The translations under genes and the position numbers were made by a program. Source: an uncultured Verrucomicrobiae bacterium (GTDB taxonomy: Bacteria > Verrucomicrobiota > Verrucomicrobiia > Limisphaerales > UBA11358). From it: 64,000 nucleotides of DNA. The stretch is from NCBI GenBank assembly GCA_963714695.1, contig CAVQPQ010000008.1, positions 180,656 to 244,655 on the forward strand, in the 5' to 3' direction. Shown in pieces: positions 1-7,314 of this stretch (position 1 is its first letter; each line of letters begins with the position of its first letter). The notes below the pieces were generated by a model. That model saw only the letters and a list, made by a program, of their open reading frames with translations, did not search any database and was not told the origin of the DNA.

Positions 1-144
1 CTTGGCCGGGACGACGGCGACGGAAGCGGCCGCAGCGGCCCGCAGTTTCGGCGCGGGCGGCACGATGGACGCCGGAACTGTTTGCTTTGGTGGCGCGGAG
101 CAAGAGGCGAGCATGAGCAAAAATATAACGCATGAAGTTTTCAT
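1..144 (-). CDS. lipoprotein, N-terminal fragment (gene runs off the left edge)
   Basis: Minus-strand ATG at 142-144 reads MKTSCVIFLLMLASCSAPPKQTVPAS. This is a short hydrophobic signal peptide ending in an L-A-S-C lipobox. ATGA start/stop overlap with ORF 141..1061. Absent from the ORF track because it has no stop inside the window. Confidence 0.5.
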   Translation of the reverse strand, partial: MKTSCVIFLLMLASCSAPPKQTVPASIVPPAPKLRAAAAASVAVVPAK

Positions 145-1061
145 GGATTTTTGAACAGGAAAAAGATGGGGTTCGGCGAGCCGTTGAGCGGTGGGCCTTC
201 GTAATAGAAATAGAACACGAATTGGATCGTGCCGCCGCCGTGGTAAAATGAACAATATTGGCCGAAGTTGTTGGTCTCGGCGTCGGCTTGGGTAGAACAA
301 TATTCACCTGTATCCTCACCGGTCGAATGACCGGAAGAGATAAAGGGCCAGTAATAGCTTCCGCCATTGTAAACCAATTCAAGCGCCGTGGGTGTACTCG
401 ATCCTCCCAGCCCCGGGTCCCACGCGCCGACGGAGCAGTCGCCGTAGGCGGGCGCGCCGCCGGATGCGGGGACGTAAATTCCGAACGGGAACCACGCTCC
501 GCGGACGTAGCAGACGGTGTAATTGCCCGCGGGGATGGCGGTCCCAAAATTGAATATTTTGGCGACTCCATCTGTTGTTACAATGTCGCCGAGTTGGAGC
601 GATTTGACGAACACGGCTCCGGCGGGCGGGGTGAAAAGGGTGGTGGTAACCAAAGGGGTGGTGTTGAAGCTGCCGTCAACAAACTGCAAAGGGTCTATGC
701 CCCAAGACAACAATATGTTGCCGGTTGCGCCGCCGCGGCCATCCACGCGGATGTAATACTGCGTGGGGTATCCAATGAAGCAGCCGACGGTTGCGCCGTT
801 TTCAGCGCCGCCGCCGTTGCCGGCGCTTTGGTTGTAAATATATTTGCACTCGACGAGGTTGTTCAGCGCCGTGCCGGTAAAAACCTGGATGCAGCTTTTG
901 AAGTCGGTTTGGTCGAGGCCGCCGATGGGCGCAAAGCGGGTCGAGAAATAAAAATAACAGCTTTGCGGCCAAGCGGCGCCATCGTGCCGACCGAATTTGA
1001 ACCAGACAGAGTTTTGGGGCGCGACGTTAACGGCCGGCGCGGGAGTCTGTGGGCCGGGCAC
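141..1061 (-). CDS. hypothetical protein (Gly/Tyr/Phe-rich, probably beta-rich exported protein)
   Basis: 306-codon ORF translationally coupled (ATGA) to the downstream lipoprotein gene. No family recognised. Opposite-strand ORF 258..1109 looks like a shadow ORF. Confidence 0.55.
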   Translation of the reverse strand: MPGPQTPAPAVNVAPQNSVWFKFGRHDGAAWPQSCYFYFSTRFAPIGGLDQTDFKSCIQVFTGTALNNLVECKYIYNQSAGNGGGAENGATVGCFIGYPTQYYIRVDGRGGATGNILLSWGIDPLQFVDGSFNTTPLVTTTLFTPPAGAVFVKSLQLGDIVTTDGVAKIFNFGTAIPAGNYTVCYVRGAWFPFGIYVPASGGAPAYGDCSVGAWDPGLGGSSTPTALELVYNGGSYYWPFISSGHSTGEDTGEYCSTQADAETNNFGQYCSFYHGGGTIQFVFYFYYEGPPLNGSPNPIFFLFKNP

Positions 1062-1140
1062 AGCGGACCATTCGGGCGGTTGCCGGCTTCGGCGGTCGCT
1101 CCGACGTAAAGGGGTCAGTCCAAATAATTTGCAATTTTAG

Positions 1141-1242
1141 TTTTTCCCATCGCCACCACGAACCGCCGCATCCTGCGCCAAACGCATTTCTGGCTCAACT
1201 GAAATTCCGCTCTCGAACCATCAATTCTCCGCCGGGTGCAGG
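1141..1242 (+). repeat. R1 intergenic repeat, copy A (full length)
   Basis: TTTTTCCCATCGCC..CATCCTGCGCCAAACGCATTTCTGGCTCAACTGAAATTCCGCTCTCGAA..AATTCTCCGCCGGGTGCAGG. Aligns over ~100 nt with copy E and over the core with copies B, C and D. Confidence 0.85.
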
Positions 1243-1304
1243 CCGCCACACCAGCTTGCGGACGAATGCGTGAGTGGCTATTGTCATCGCAGCACATATA
1301 TCCA

Positions 1305-2462
1305 ATGAAACAATCCATTTTTCACACCCTCTCGTTCATGGCCGTGTTGTCTGTTGCACTGACCACAACCGCGGCCCGTGGCCAGTCAAAGGCCGCCGCG
1401 CCTTCGGGCTTTGAACTGAAGCGGGGCGTCAATCTCAGCCACTGGCTTTCCCAAACCTCCGGCTGGCCGCCCAAGGACTCGTTCATCACCGAGAAGGATA
1501 TTGAGTTCATTGCCAGCGTCGGTTACGACCACGTGCGCATTCCCATTGATGAAGTCGAAATGTGGACCGCTGACGGGAAACCCTCCGGGGAATCATTCGC
1601 CTGTCTCACCCGCTGCCTCGATTGGTGCGCGAAGCACAATCTCCGGGCCATCGTGGATCTCCATGTTTTGAAAGCCCACCATTTCAACGCGGAGAACGAG
1701 GGGCTCAAAAACACGTTGTGGACGGACCCCGCCACGCAGGACAATTTCATCAGGCTGTGGATTGAACTTTCCGGCCGTCTGAAAAAATACCCGGTAAACA
1801 TGGTCGCCTACGAATTGATGAACGAACCCGTGGCCCCGGACCCGGAAGATTGGAACCGGCTGATCGCGAAAGGGGTGAAAGCGATCCGCCAGCTCGAACC
1901 CGGGCGGGTTCTCGTCATTGGATCGAACCGCTGGCAGACGCCCGAGAATTTTCCATTCCTGAAAATTCCCCCGAATGATCCCAATATCATTTTGAGCCTG
2001 CATACCTACGCCCCGCTGTTTTTTACGCACCATCTGGCCGGCTGGACGTCGTTCAAAGACTTCAAAGGCCCGGTGCATTATCCCGGCCGGGTCATTGCCG
2101 GGGCGGATTTTCCGAAATCCATGTACAACACGACCAACGCAGACCTTAAATTCCAGTTGGATGAAGCCAGGCAGGTGTTCAACAAACAGAAGCTCGCCAA
2201 GCAACTGAAGCCGGCGATTCGGAAGGCCAGGGAACTCAAGCTGCCGCTTTACTGCGGCGAGTTCGGCTGTCTGCCTCACGTCGAGCGGGCTGACCGGCTG
2301 AGGTATTACGACAACCTCGTCTCGGTGTTTGAAGAGAACCACATCGGGTGGTGCAATTGGGAGTACAAGGGCGACTTTGGAATTTTCACCTTCGATTTCG
2401 ACAAGCAGGTTTCGCTGGCTCCCGACACCGAACTAATCAACGTGCTGATGCGGAAACGATAG
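1305..2462 (+). CDS. glycoside hydrolase family 5 (endoglucanase/cellulase-like), secreted
   Basis: ORF 1236..2462. The likely start is the ATG giving MKQSIFHTLSFMAVLSVALTTTAARG (signal peptide). GH5 signatures YELMNEP (acid/base Glu) and CGEFG (nucleophile Glu). Confidence 0.85.
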   Translation: MKQSIFHTLSFMAVLSVALTTTAARGQSKAAAPSGFELKRGVNLSHWLSQTSGWPPKDSFITEKDIEFIASVGYDHVRIPIDEVEMWTADGKPSGESFACLTRCLDWCAKHNLRAIVDLHVLKAHHFNAENEGLKNTLWTDPATQDNFIRLWIELSGRLKKYPVNMVAYELMNEPVAPDPEDWNRLIAKGVKAIRQLEPGRVLVIGSNRWQTPENFPFLKIPPNDPNIILSLHTYAPLFFTHHLAGWTSFKDFKGPVHYPGRVIAGADFPKSMYNTTNADLKFQLDEARQVFNKQKLAKQLKPAIRKARELKLPLYCGEFGCLPHVERADRLRYYDNLVSVFEENHIGWCNWEYKGDFGIFTFDFDKQVSLAPDTELINVLMRKR

Positions 2463-2528
2463 CGCGCCCAACACAAATATGGCTCAACTGACATTCAGCT
2501 CTCGAATGTGAATTTTCCGCCGGGTGTC
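2463..2528 (+). repeat. R1 intergenic repeat, copy B (right two-thirds only)
   Basis: GCGCCCAACACAAATATGGCTCAACTGACATTCAGCTCTCGAATGTGAATTTTCCGCCGGGTG. Starts directly after the GH5 stop codon. Confidence 0.8.
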
Positions 2529-2546
2529 ATATCCGCCCGCCCCCAA

Positions 2547-2963
2547 TCAAGGAGTTATCAGTTCAACCGCCGGAAAATATTTTTTGAAGCGTTGCTGGTC
2601 GCGGGTGGCAATCTTCCAGCCCATGATTTCCGCCTGCGCGCCGATGAAGAAATCCGGCAGCGGCATTTTGGGCGGCGCACTGCCGCCGGAGTCCCGCCGC
2701 GCAGTGACATAGCGGCGATAAGCCCTGCCGCAAACCGCAGCCGCGGCCGCCGGCACGTCATGCACGGTGATGCCCCAGCGTTTGATCTCCGGCTCAACCT
2801 CATCCGGATTGCGCGCCCCGGCGCACAATTCCGCCAGCGTTACCACGCTGACCCCGCCGCCTTCCCCCGCCACAGTGTCCTCAATCTGTTTCTTCGCCCA
2901 CCGGTGATTGACCTGGTCCTTGTCCAAGGCATCCACAATCACATTGGTGTCCAAAAGAATCAT
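2547..2963 (-). CDS. vapC: PIN-domain ribonuclease toxin (VapC family)
   Basis: MILLDTNVIVDALD N-terminus typical of PIN toxins. 138 aa. ATGA overlap with the upstream antitoxin ORF. Confidence 0.85.
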   Translation of the reverse strand: MILLDTNVIVDALDKDQVNHRWAKKQIEDTVAGEGGGVSVVTLAELCAGARNPDEVEPEIKRWGITVHDVPAAAAAVCGRAYRRYVTARRDSGGSAPPKMPLPDFFIGAQAEIMGWKIATRDQQRFKKYFPAVELITP

Positions 2964-3190
2964 GGCTCGCGCGTCAACTCGCGCAATTCGTCCCAGGTCA
3001 GGTCAAATTTCATCCGGCTTGCCTTGATTGCGGCCATAACCTGCGCCCGGTTTTTTTTCTTCGGCGGAGCGGGCTTGTTCAGGCGCACCAGCAGGAAGTG
3101 CCCATTGCCTTCATTTTCACAGGCAAACACGTCACCGGGCCGGGCGCCCGGCATGACCACCCGTCTTTTGCTGTCAGCGGTTACTGTCAT
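2960..3190 (-). CDS. vapB: AbrB/SpoVT(MazE)-type antitoxin (VapB-like)
   Basis: ORF 2960..3208. MTVTADSKRRVVMPGARPGDVF resembles looped-hinge-helix antitoxins. Start moved to the ATG at 3190 because a TTGCAT-N17-GATTAT promoter would place the upstream ATG inside the spacer. Confidence 0.75.
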   Translation of the reverse strand: MTVTADSKRRVVMPGARPGDVFACENEGNGHFLLVRLNKPAPPKKKNRAQVMAAIKASRMKFDLTWDELRELTREP

Positions 3191-3196
3191 GGTGGG

Positions 3197-3225
3197 ATAA
3201 TCCCACATTTTGGGCCGGGATGCAA
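3197..3225 (-). promoter_or_regulatory. putative sigma70-type promoter of VapBC cassette 1 (near-leaderless)
   Basis: On the minus strand: TTGCAT (3220-3225), 17-nt spacer, GATTAT (3197-3202), then 6 nt to the ATG at 3190. Confidence 0.45.
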
Positions 3226-3370
3226 GCGCATTTTCGATTCATTTCTCCGCCGGTGCCGGGACGGAAGGCGATATTGGATGCCACCAGATGATGGCATTCC
3301 GTTTTGCGTTTGGTTCTACCAAATGTAAAGTACGGTGGCATCAGCAAAAAGGATCCGCTGTGATTTGGCG

Positions 3371-3450
3371 TTTTTGGTTCTTCCCCGCCACGAACAGCCG
3401 CATCCTGCGCCCAACGCATTTATGGCTCAACTGAAATTCAGCTCTCGAAA
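3371..3450 (+). repeat. R1 intergenic repeat, copy C
   Basis: ..CCCCGCCACGAACAGCCGCATCCTGCGCCCAACGCATTTATGGCTCAACTGAAATTCAGCTCTCGAAAA. Confidence 0.85.
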
Positions 3451-3465
3451 ACCCGATTGGCCGCG

Positions 3466-3572
3466 ATAGAACGCAAAGAACACATAGAAAGCAGGATTCA
3501 TCGGTTGGTTGTCTGCCAACGGCTTTTGCCGGTCCGGTTCTTCTCTTTACGATCTCTGCGTTCTTTTGCGGC
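3466..3572. repeat. decamer-repeat hairpin element (solo)
   Basis: Left arm ATAGAACGCAAAGAACACATAGAAAGCAG. Right arm GTTCTTCTCTTTACGATCTCTGCGTTCTTTTGCGGC is its imperfect reverse complement. A small central stem GTTGG-N7-CCAAC is also present. Confidence 0.6.
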
Positions 3573-3647
3573 TAACGAGAAATTTCCCGCCGGTTCAAGC
3601 CGCTTCCGGCACCAGGTCAATCCGCCATGCCGGCGCGGCAGGCAATT

Positions 3648-4031
3648 TCACAGCAGACGAACATTCATCACGTTCCGAACGCGTTGAAAGTCCTTGTCCT
3701 GCGTGGCGATGGCCAGTTTGTTTTCCCGCGCCACCGAGAATTGATAGGCATCATCGAAGTCGAGGCCGTGCCGGGTGTTTACCCCGGCAAGCTGGAGATA
3801 ACCGGCGGCGCTCAGGGAAAGAATGGTGAACTGCGGCAGCGTGTCCGCCGCGAACCGATCGAATAATTTCACCCGCTTCTGGCGAAACAGCAGCACGCCG
3901 ATGGAATGGAGCGTGAAGTCGGAAATCCATGCCGCGCCCTTCTCGCCCTGTAAAAACGTTTCGCACTTTTTGCGCCCGGCCTGGCTGAGCAGGATTTCCA
4001 GGAAGATGTTGGTGTCCACCAGATAGTTCAT
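3648..4031 (-). CDS. vapC: PIN-domain toxin (VapC family)
   Basis: MNYLVDTNIFLEILL N-terminus. 127 aa. ATGA overlap with the upstream small ORF. Confidence 0.8.
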   Translation of the reverse strand: MNYLVDTNIFLEILLSQAGRKKCETFLQGEKGAAWISDFTLHSIGVLLFRQKRVKLFDRFAADTLPQFTILSLSAAGYLQLAGVNTRHGLDFDDAYQFSVARENKLAIATQDKDFQRVRNVMNVRLL

Positions 4032-4246
4032 CGCAGTTCGTTGAGATGGTGCTGCAACTCAACGGCGGTGAACCGGCGTTTCAAATCCGCCAAACCGCCC
4101 GCCCAATCGAATTTGAAGCGGCGCTTCGCGGAGCGCGCGGGCTTCGTCGGGGTCGTCTTCGACAAAAACTCGATGAATATCTCCACCTGCTTTTGCGCCA
4201 CGACGGGCAAAGTTTCATATTTGGCGATCAAGGTGTCTTTGCTCAT
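4028..4246 (-). CDS. putative antitoxin partner of the PIN toxin
   Basis: ORF 4028..4291. The likely start gives MSKDTLIAKYETLPVVAQKQVEIFIEFL. GGAG lies 5 nt upstream of that ATG. Small acidic/basic protein coupled to the PIN gene. Confidence 0.6.
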   Translation of the reverse strand: MSKDTLIAKYETLPVVAQKQVEIFIEFLSKTTPTKPARSAKRRFKFDWAGGLADLKRRFTAVELQHHLNELR

Positions 4247-4312
4247 GCGTCTCCAAGTTACCTGCGAAGAGCCATTGGCGCAATCCGGCAATCGCCACGG
4301 CTCAATTTTCAG

Positions 4313-4400
4313 TTTTTTCCATCGCCGCCACGAACAGCCGCATCCTGCGCCGAATGCATTTATGGCTCAACTGAAATTCAGCTCTCGAATGTGAATTGCG
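4313..4400 (+). repeat. R1 intergenic repeat, copy D
   Basis: TTTTTTCCATCGCCGCCACGAACAGCCGCATCCTGCGCCGAATGCATTTATGGCTCAACTGAAATTCAGCTCTCGAATGTGAATTGCG. Confidence 0.85.
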
Positions 4401-4483
4401 CGCCGCTCACCAGCACCCAGCTTCCGCCCGGGGAATCCAGTCATCACACTAAGTAAACCCTTTTCAACCCAAATATGTCCTTG

Positions 4484-4560
4484 AACAGGAGCAAACAGAG
4501 GTAACGGAGAGCAGGCTCGGTCCGCAATCCTTTCCCCTCTGTTTCCTCCGCGTCCTCCTG
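4484..4560. repeat. decamer-repeat hairpin element (solo)
   Basis: Left arm AACAGGAGCAAACAGAGGTAACGGAGAGCAGG and right arm CCTTTCCCCTCTGTTTCCTCCGCGTCCTCCTG. Units of type nAACnGAGGn face their complements. Confidence 0.55.
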
Positions 4561-4608
4561 TAAGATGCCTTCGGAATTCTGGTTGAACGACAACCGGGAG
4601 CAACGCCT

Positions 4609-7314
4609 GTGCGTGAGGAAATGCCGTCGAAGCTGTCTATAAATAAAATGTCTTCAACCATTTCCGGGCGGAACATCGCGGCGCGGGCGGCAACGGACAA
4701 CGCCGCCGTGCTCGTGCTTCGCCTGGCAGAAGCCGGCGACAACCACCGGTCGCTGGTGGGCGGCAAGGCATTCAATTTGGGCAAACTGATCGCGGCGGGC
4801 CTGCCGGTGCCGCGCGGCTTTTGTGTCACCACGACGGCGTTTGATCTCTTCCTGGCTTCGTGTCCGAGGCGGACTGAATTATCCCATCTGCTGGCGCAAT
4901 GTTCCGGCGCTGAGATTGGGCGGATCGCGGAATTGAGCCGGGAAATCCGCTCCTGCCTGGCAGAGGTTCAGGTGCCGGAGGCGGTGAAGGATGCGGTGCT
5001 GTCCGCGTGGCGGGAACCGGGTGGAGAGCGAAGCTTTGCCGTGCGTTCCAGCGCGACCGTCGAGGACGCCGCCGGGATGTCTTTTGCCGGTCAGTTTGAA
5101 TCCATTCTGAATGTGCGCGGGGCGGACGCGTTACTGGACGCCATCAAGACGTGCTGGCTGTCGCTTTTCTCCGACCGGGCGCTGGTTTACCTGGCGAAAC
5201 AGCGGATGCCGACGGAGCGGGTCAGGATGGCGGTGGTGGTGCAGGAAATGGTGGACGCCAGCCACGCCGGGGTGGTGTTCACCGCCGATCCGCTGACGGG
5301 AGCAACGGACCGGTTTGTCGTGGAATACGTGAGCGGCCTGGGCGAAGGGCTGGTGCAGGGGACGGTTCAGCCCAAGCGGGCAGTGGTTGAAAAACAAACC
5401 GGACGCGTGCTGGCTTCGCCTGAAAACGAACTGCTTTCGTCCGCAACTCTCGAAAACCTGTGCGATCTCGCCCGCCAGACCGAGCATCTTTTTGGTTCGC
5501 CGCAGGATATCGAGTGGGCGCAGCGGGATGGCGAACTGTTCCTGTTGCAGTCCCGCCCGATCACAACCAAAGCAACCAAAGCTCCAGCCAGGACGTGGGA
5601 GGACCGGCAGGTCTGGACCAATGTCAACACCGGCGAAGTGATGCCGGACGTGATGACGTCGATTACGTGGTCCATAATGCAATCCTTGTTTGGTGTGGTC
5701 GGTTCCATCTTTCGCCTGGTGGGCGCTGATATTACGCGCGCTCCGCTAGCGGGGCTCGTTGCCGGCAGACTCTATTTCAATGCCAACACGAGTTTGGCTG
5801 CGGTCAGACCATTTTCCTTCCTGCACAAGGGACTCCCAGATTTTGCCCGGGCGGCGGGAGGCGATCTGGTGGATGCCTACCGCCAGGCCCCGCTGACCCT
5901 TTCGCCGGAAGATCTCCCGAACCTGGGTTTCCGCTGGCCGAAATACTTCCTCTCATTGCCCCGCATCCTCTACGATGTCATCACCCATTCGTCCCGCCGC
6001 CGTGGTTATGCCAACTTGGCCCATTTTAAGAAGCAAACGGATGAACTCGACCGTCTGGACCTCGGGGCCATTTCCACACCGGAACTGACCCGGCTGTGCG
6101 TCCAATACATTCGGGAAGTTTTCAAAGACGCGGATGTGCTTTACTTGGCGACGCAGGGAGCGGTGCTGCCGGTGTTTTTGAAGGTCTGCCGCGATTGGCT
6201 GGGCGAACCCGGCTTGGCGCTCCGATTGTTCGCCGCGTTGGGCGGCATGCCGGTCGCGGAAGCCGGCCTGGCTCTCTGGCGACTGGCGGCGCTGGCTCAC
6301 GCCGACGGTGACACGGAGGCCGCGGTGTCTTCTGAAAACAGTTGGCCGGAGGTCCGCGCCAGGCTTTGCCGCACCGAACATGGCCGGAGATTCCTGGCCG
6401 CCTGGGATGCCTTCATGACCGAGCACGGACACCATTGCCGCGGCGAATTCGAGCTGTCCAACGCGCGCTGGTGCGAGACCCCTGATTACATCCTGGGGCT
6501 GGTGCGTGGCTATCTTCGCTCGCTGGGCCAGTCCGATCCGTTGGAAAACCAACGGCGGCTGGCGGAAGAGCGGGAACGCTTGACCGTCCAATGCCGCGCG
6601 CGGCTGAAGCATCCAATCAAACGCTGGATCTTCTCGCACTCGCTGCGCCGCGCGCAGGAACTGACCGTCTATCGCGAAAAGTTGAAGAGCCAGCTTGTCC
6701 GGCAGTTCGCCTTCACGCGCCGCGTTCTCCTGGTCCTCGGCCAGCGGCTCCACGAGCAGGGCAGTTTGTCCTGCCGCGACGACATTTTCTTCCTGGAAAT
6801 TTCCGAGCTGGAACTGGTCGCGACGGGCGGCGCTTCGTTCGATTGGCGCGGGCGCATCGAATCGCGCCGGCGGGAATACGAAAAAAACCTGAAGCTCAAC
6901 CCGCCGCGGGTCGTGAACGGAAGATTCGATCCCAATGTGCCCGACTGGCCGGTGGCAAACACGGACGCGAAACTTTTGGAAGGCATTCCGGTTTCTCCCG
7001 GCATCGCCACCGGGCCCGCCCGCGTGATTTTGCGCGCGGATGAACATGAGCAGGTTCTGCCCGGCGAAATTCTCATCGCTCCGTTCACCGATCCGGCATG
7101 GTCGCCGTATTTCATCACCGCCGCCGGCGTGGTCATGGAACAAGGCGGGATTCTTTCGCACGGCAGCATCGTCGCGCGCGAATACGGTCTGCCGGCGGTG
7201 ACCAACGTGGCCTTGGCCACGCGGGTCATTCGCACGGGCGACCTGGTGCAGGTGGATGGAAACCGCGGCCGCGTGAGCGTCCTCAAGCGTCTGGCCGAAG
7301 ACCACACTGCTTAG
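4609..7314 (+). CDS. PEP-utilizing enzyme, PEP synthase / rifampin-phosphotransferase-like architecture
   Basis: N-terminal ATP-grasp PPDK_N-type motif LVGGKAFNLGKL. C-terminal phosphohistidine swivel domain FTDPAWSPYF...GGILSHGSIVAREYGLPAV. ~900 aa. The true start may be an internal ATG (4621 or 4648). Confidence 0.8.
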   Translation: MREEMPSKLSINKMSSTISGRNIAARAATDNAAVLVLRLAEAGDNHRSLVGGKAFNLGKLIAAGLPVPRGFCVTTTAFDLFLASCPRRTELSHLLAQCSGAEIGRIAELSREIRSCLAEVQVPEAVKDAVLSAWREPGGERSFAVRSSATVEDAAGMSFAGQFESILNVRGADALLDAIKTCWLSLFSDRALVYLAKQRMPTERVRMAVVVQEMVDASHAGVVFTADPLTGATDRFVVEYVSGLGEGLVQGTVQPKRAVVEKQTGRVLASPENELLSSATLENLCDLARQTEHLFGSPQDIEWAQRDGELFLLQSRPITTKATKAPARTWEDRQVWTNVNTGEVMPDVMTSITWSIMQSLFGVVGSIFRLVGADITRAPLAGLVAGRLYFNANTSLAAVRPFSFLHKGLPDFARAAGGDLVDAYRQAPLTLSPEDLPNLGFRWPKYFLSLPRILYDVITHSSRRRGYANLAHFKKQTDELDRLDLGAISTPELTRLCVQYIREVFKDADVLYLATQGAVLPVFLKVCRDWLGEPGLALRLFAALGGMPVAEAGLALWRLAALAHADGDTEAAVSSENSWPEVRARLCRTEHGRRFLAAWDAFMTEHGHHCRGEFELSNARWCETPDYILGLVRGYLRSLGQSDPLENQRRLAEERERLTVQCRARLKHPIKRWIFSHSLRRAQELTVYREKLKSQLVRQFAFTRRVLLVLGQRLHEQGSLSCRDDIFFLEISELELVATGGASFDWRGRIESRRREYEKNLKLNPPRVVNGRFDPNVPDWPVANTDAKLLEGIPVSPGIATGPARVILRADEHEQVLPGEILIAPFTDPAWSPYFITAAGVVMEQGGILSHGSIVAREYGLPAVTNVALATRVIRTGDLVQVDGNRGRVSVLKRLAEDHTA

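Noticed and set aside
3457-3687. ORFs translated from repeat elements (3457..3687, 4367..4603, 58139..58456, 58231..58416) as genes.
   Set aside because: Their sequences are direct read-outs of the decamer or palindromic repeats (e.g. SLRSLRSFAA, GGRGGNRGER, PLLGERIKGEGG). They have no start context and overlap hairpin arms on both strands.
4365-4394. Micro-ORF MAQLKFSSR... encoded by the R1 repeat core.
   Set aside because: Copy A has CTG instead of ATG. The stop positions differ in every copy (10 aa, 15 aa, more than 100 aa), and no ribosome-binding site precedes it. The conservation is at the nucleotide level, not the peptide level.
5953-7305. Long antisense ORFs opposite well-supported genes. 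Examples: 5953..7305, 10851..11831, 24321..25652, 31078..32064, 33669..34475, 40247..41359, 42766..43599, 45701..47269, 50383..51426, 51761..53605, 57129..58262, 58435..59316, 62033..63043.
   Set aside because: Each lies fully opposite a gene with clear family motifs. Their translations are Arg/Gly/Ala/Pro-rich low-complexity strings typical of shadow ORFs in GC-rich DNA. None shows a recognisable domain.
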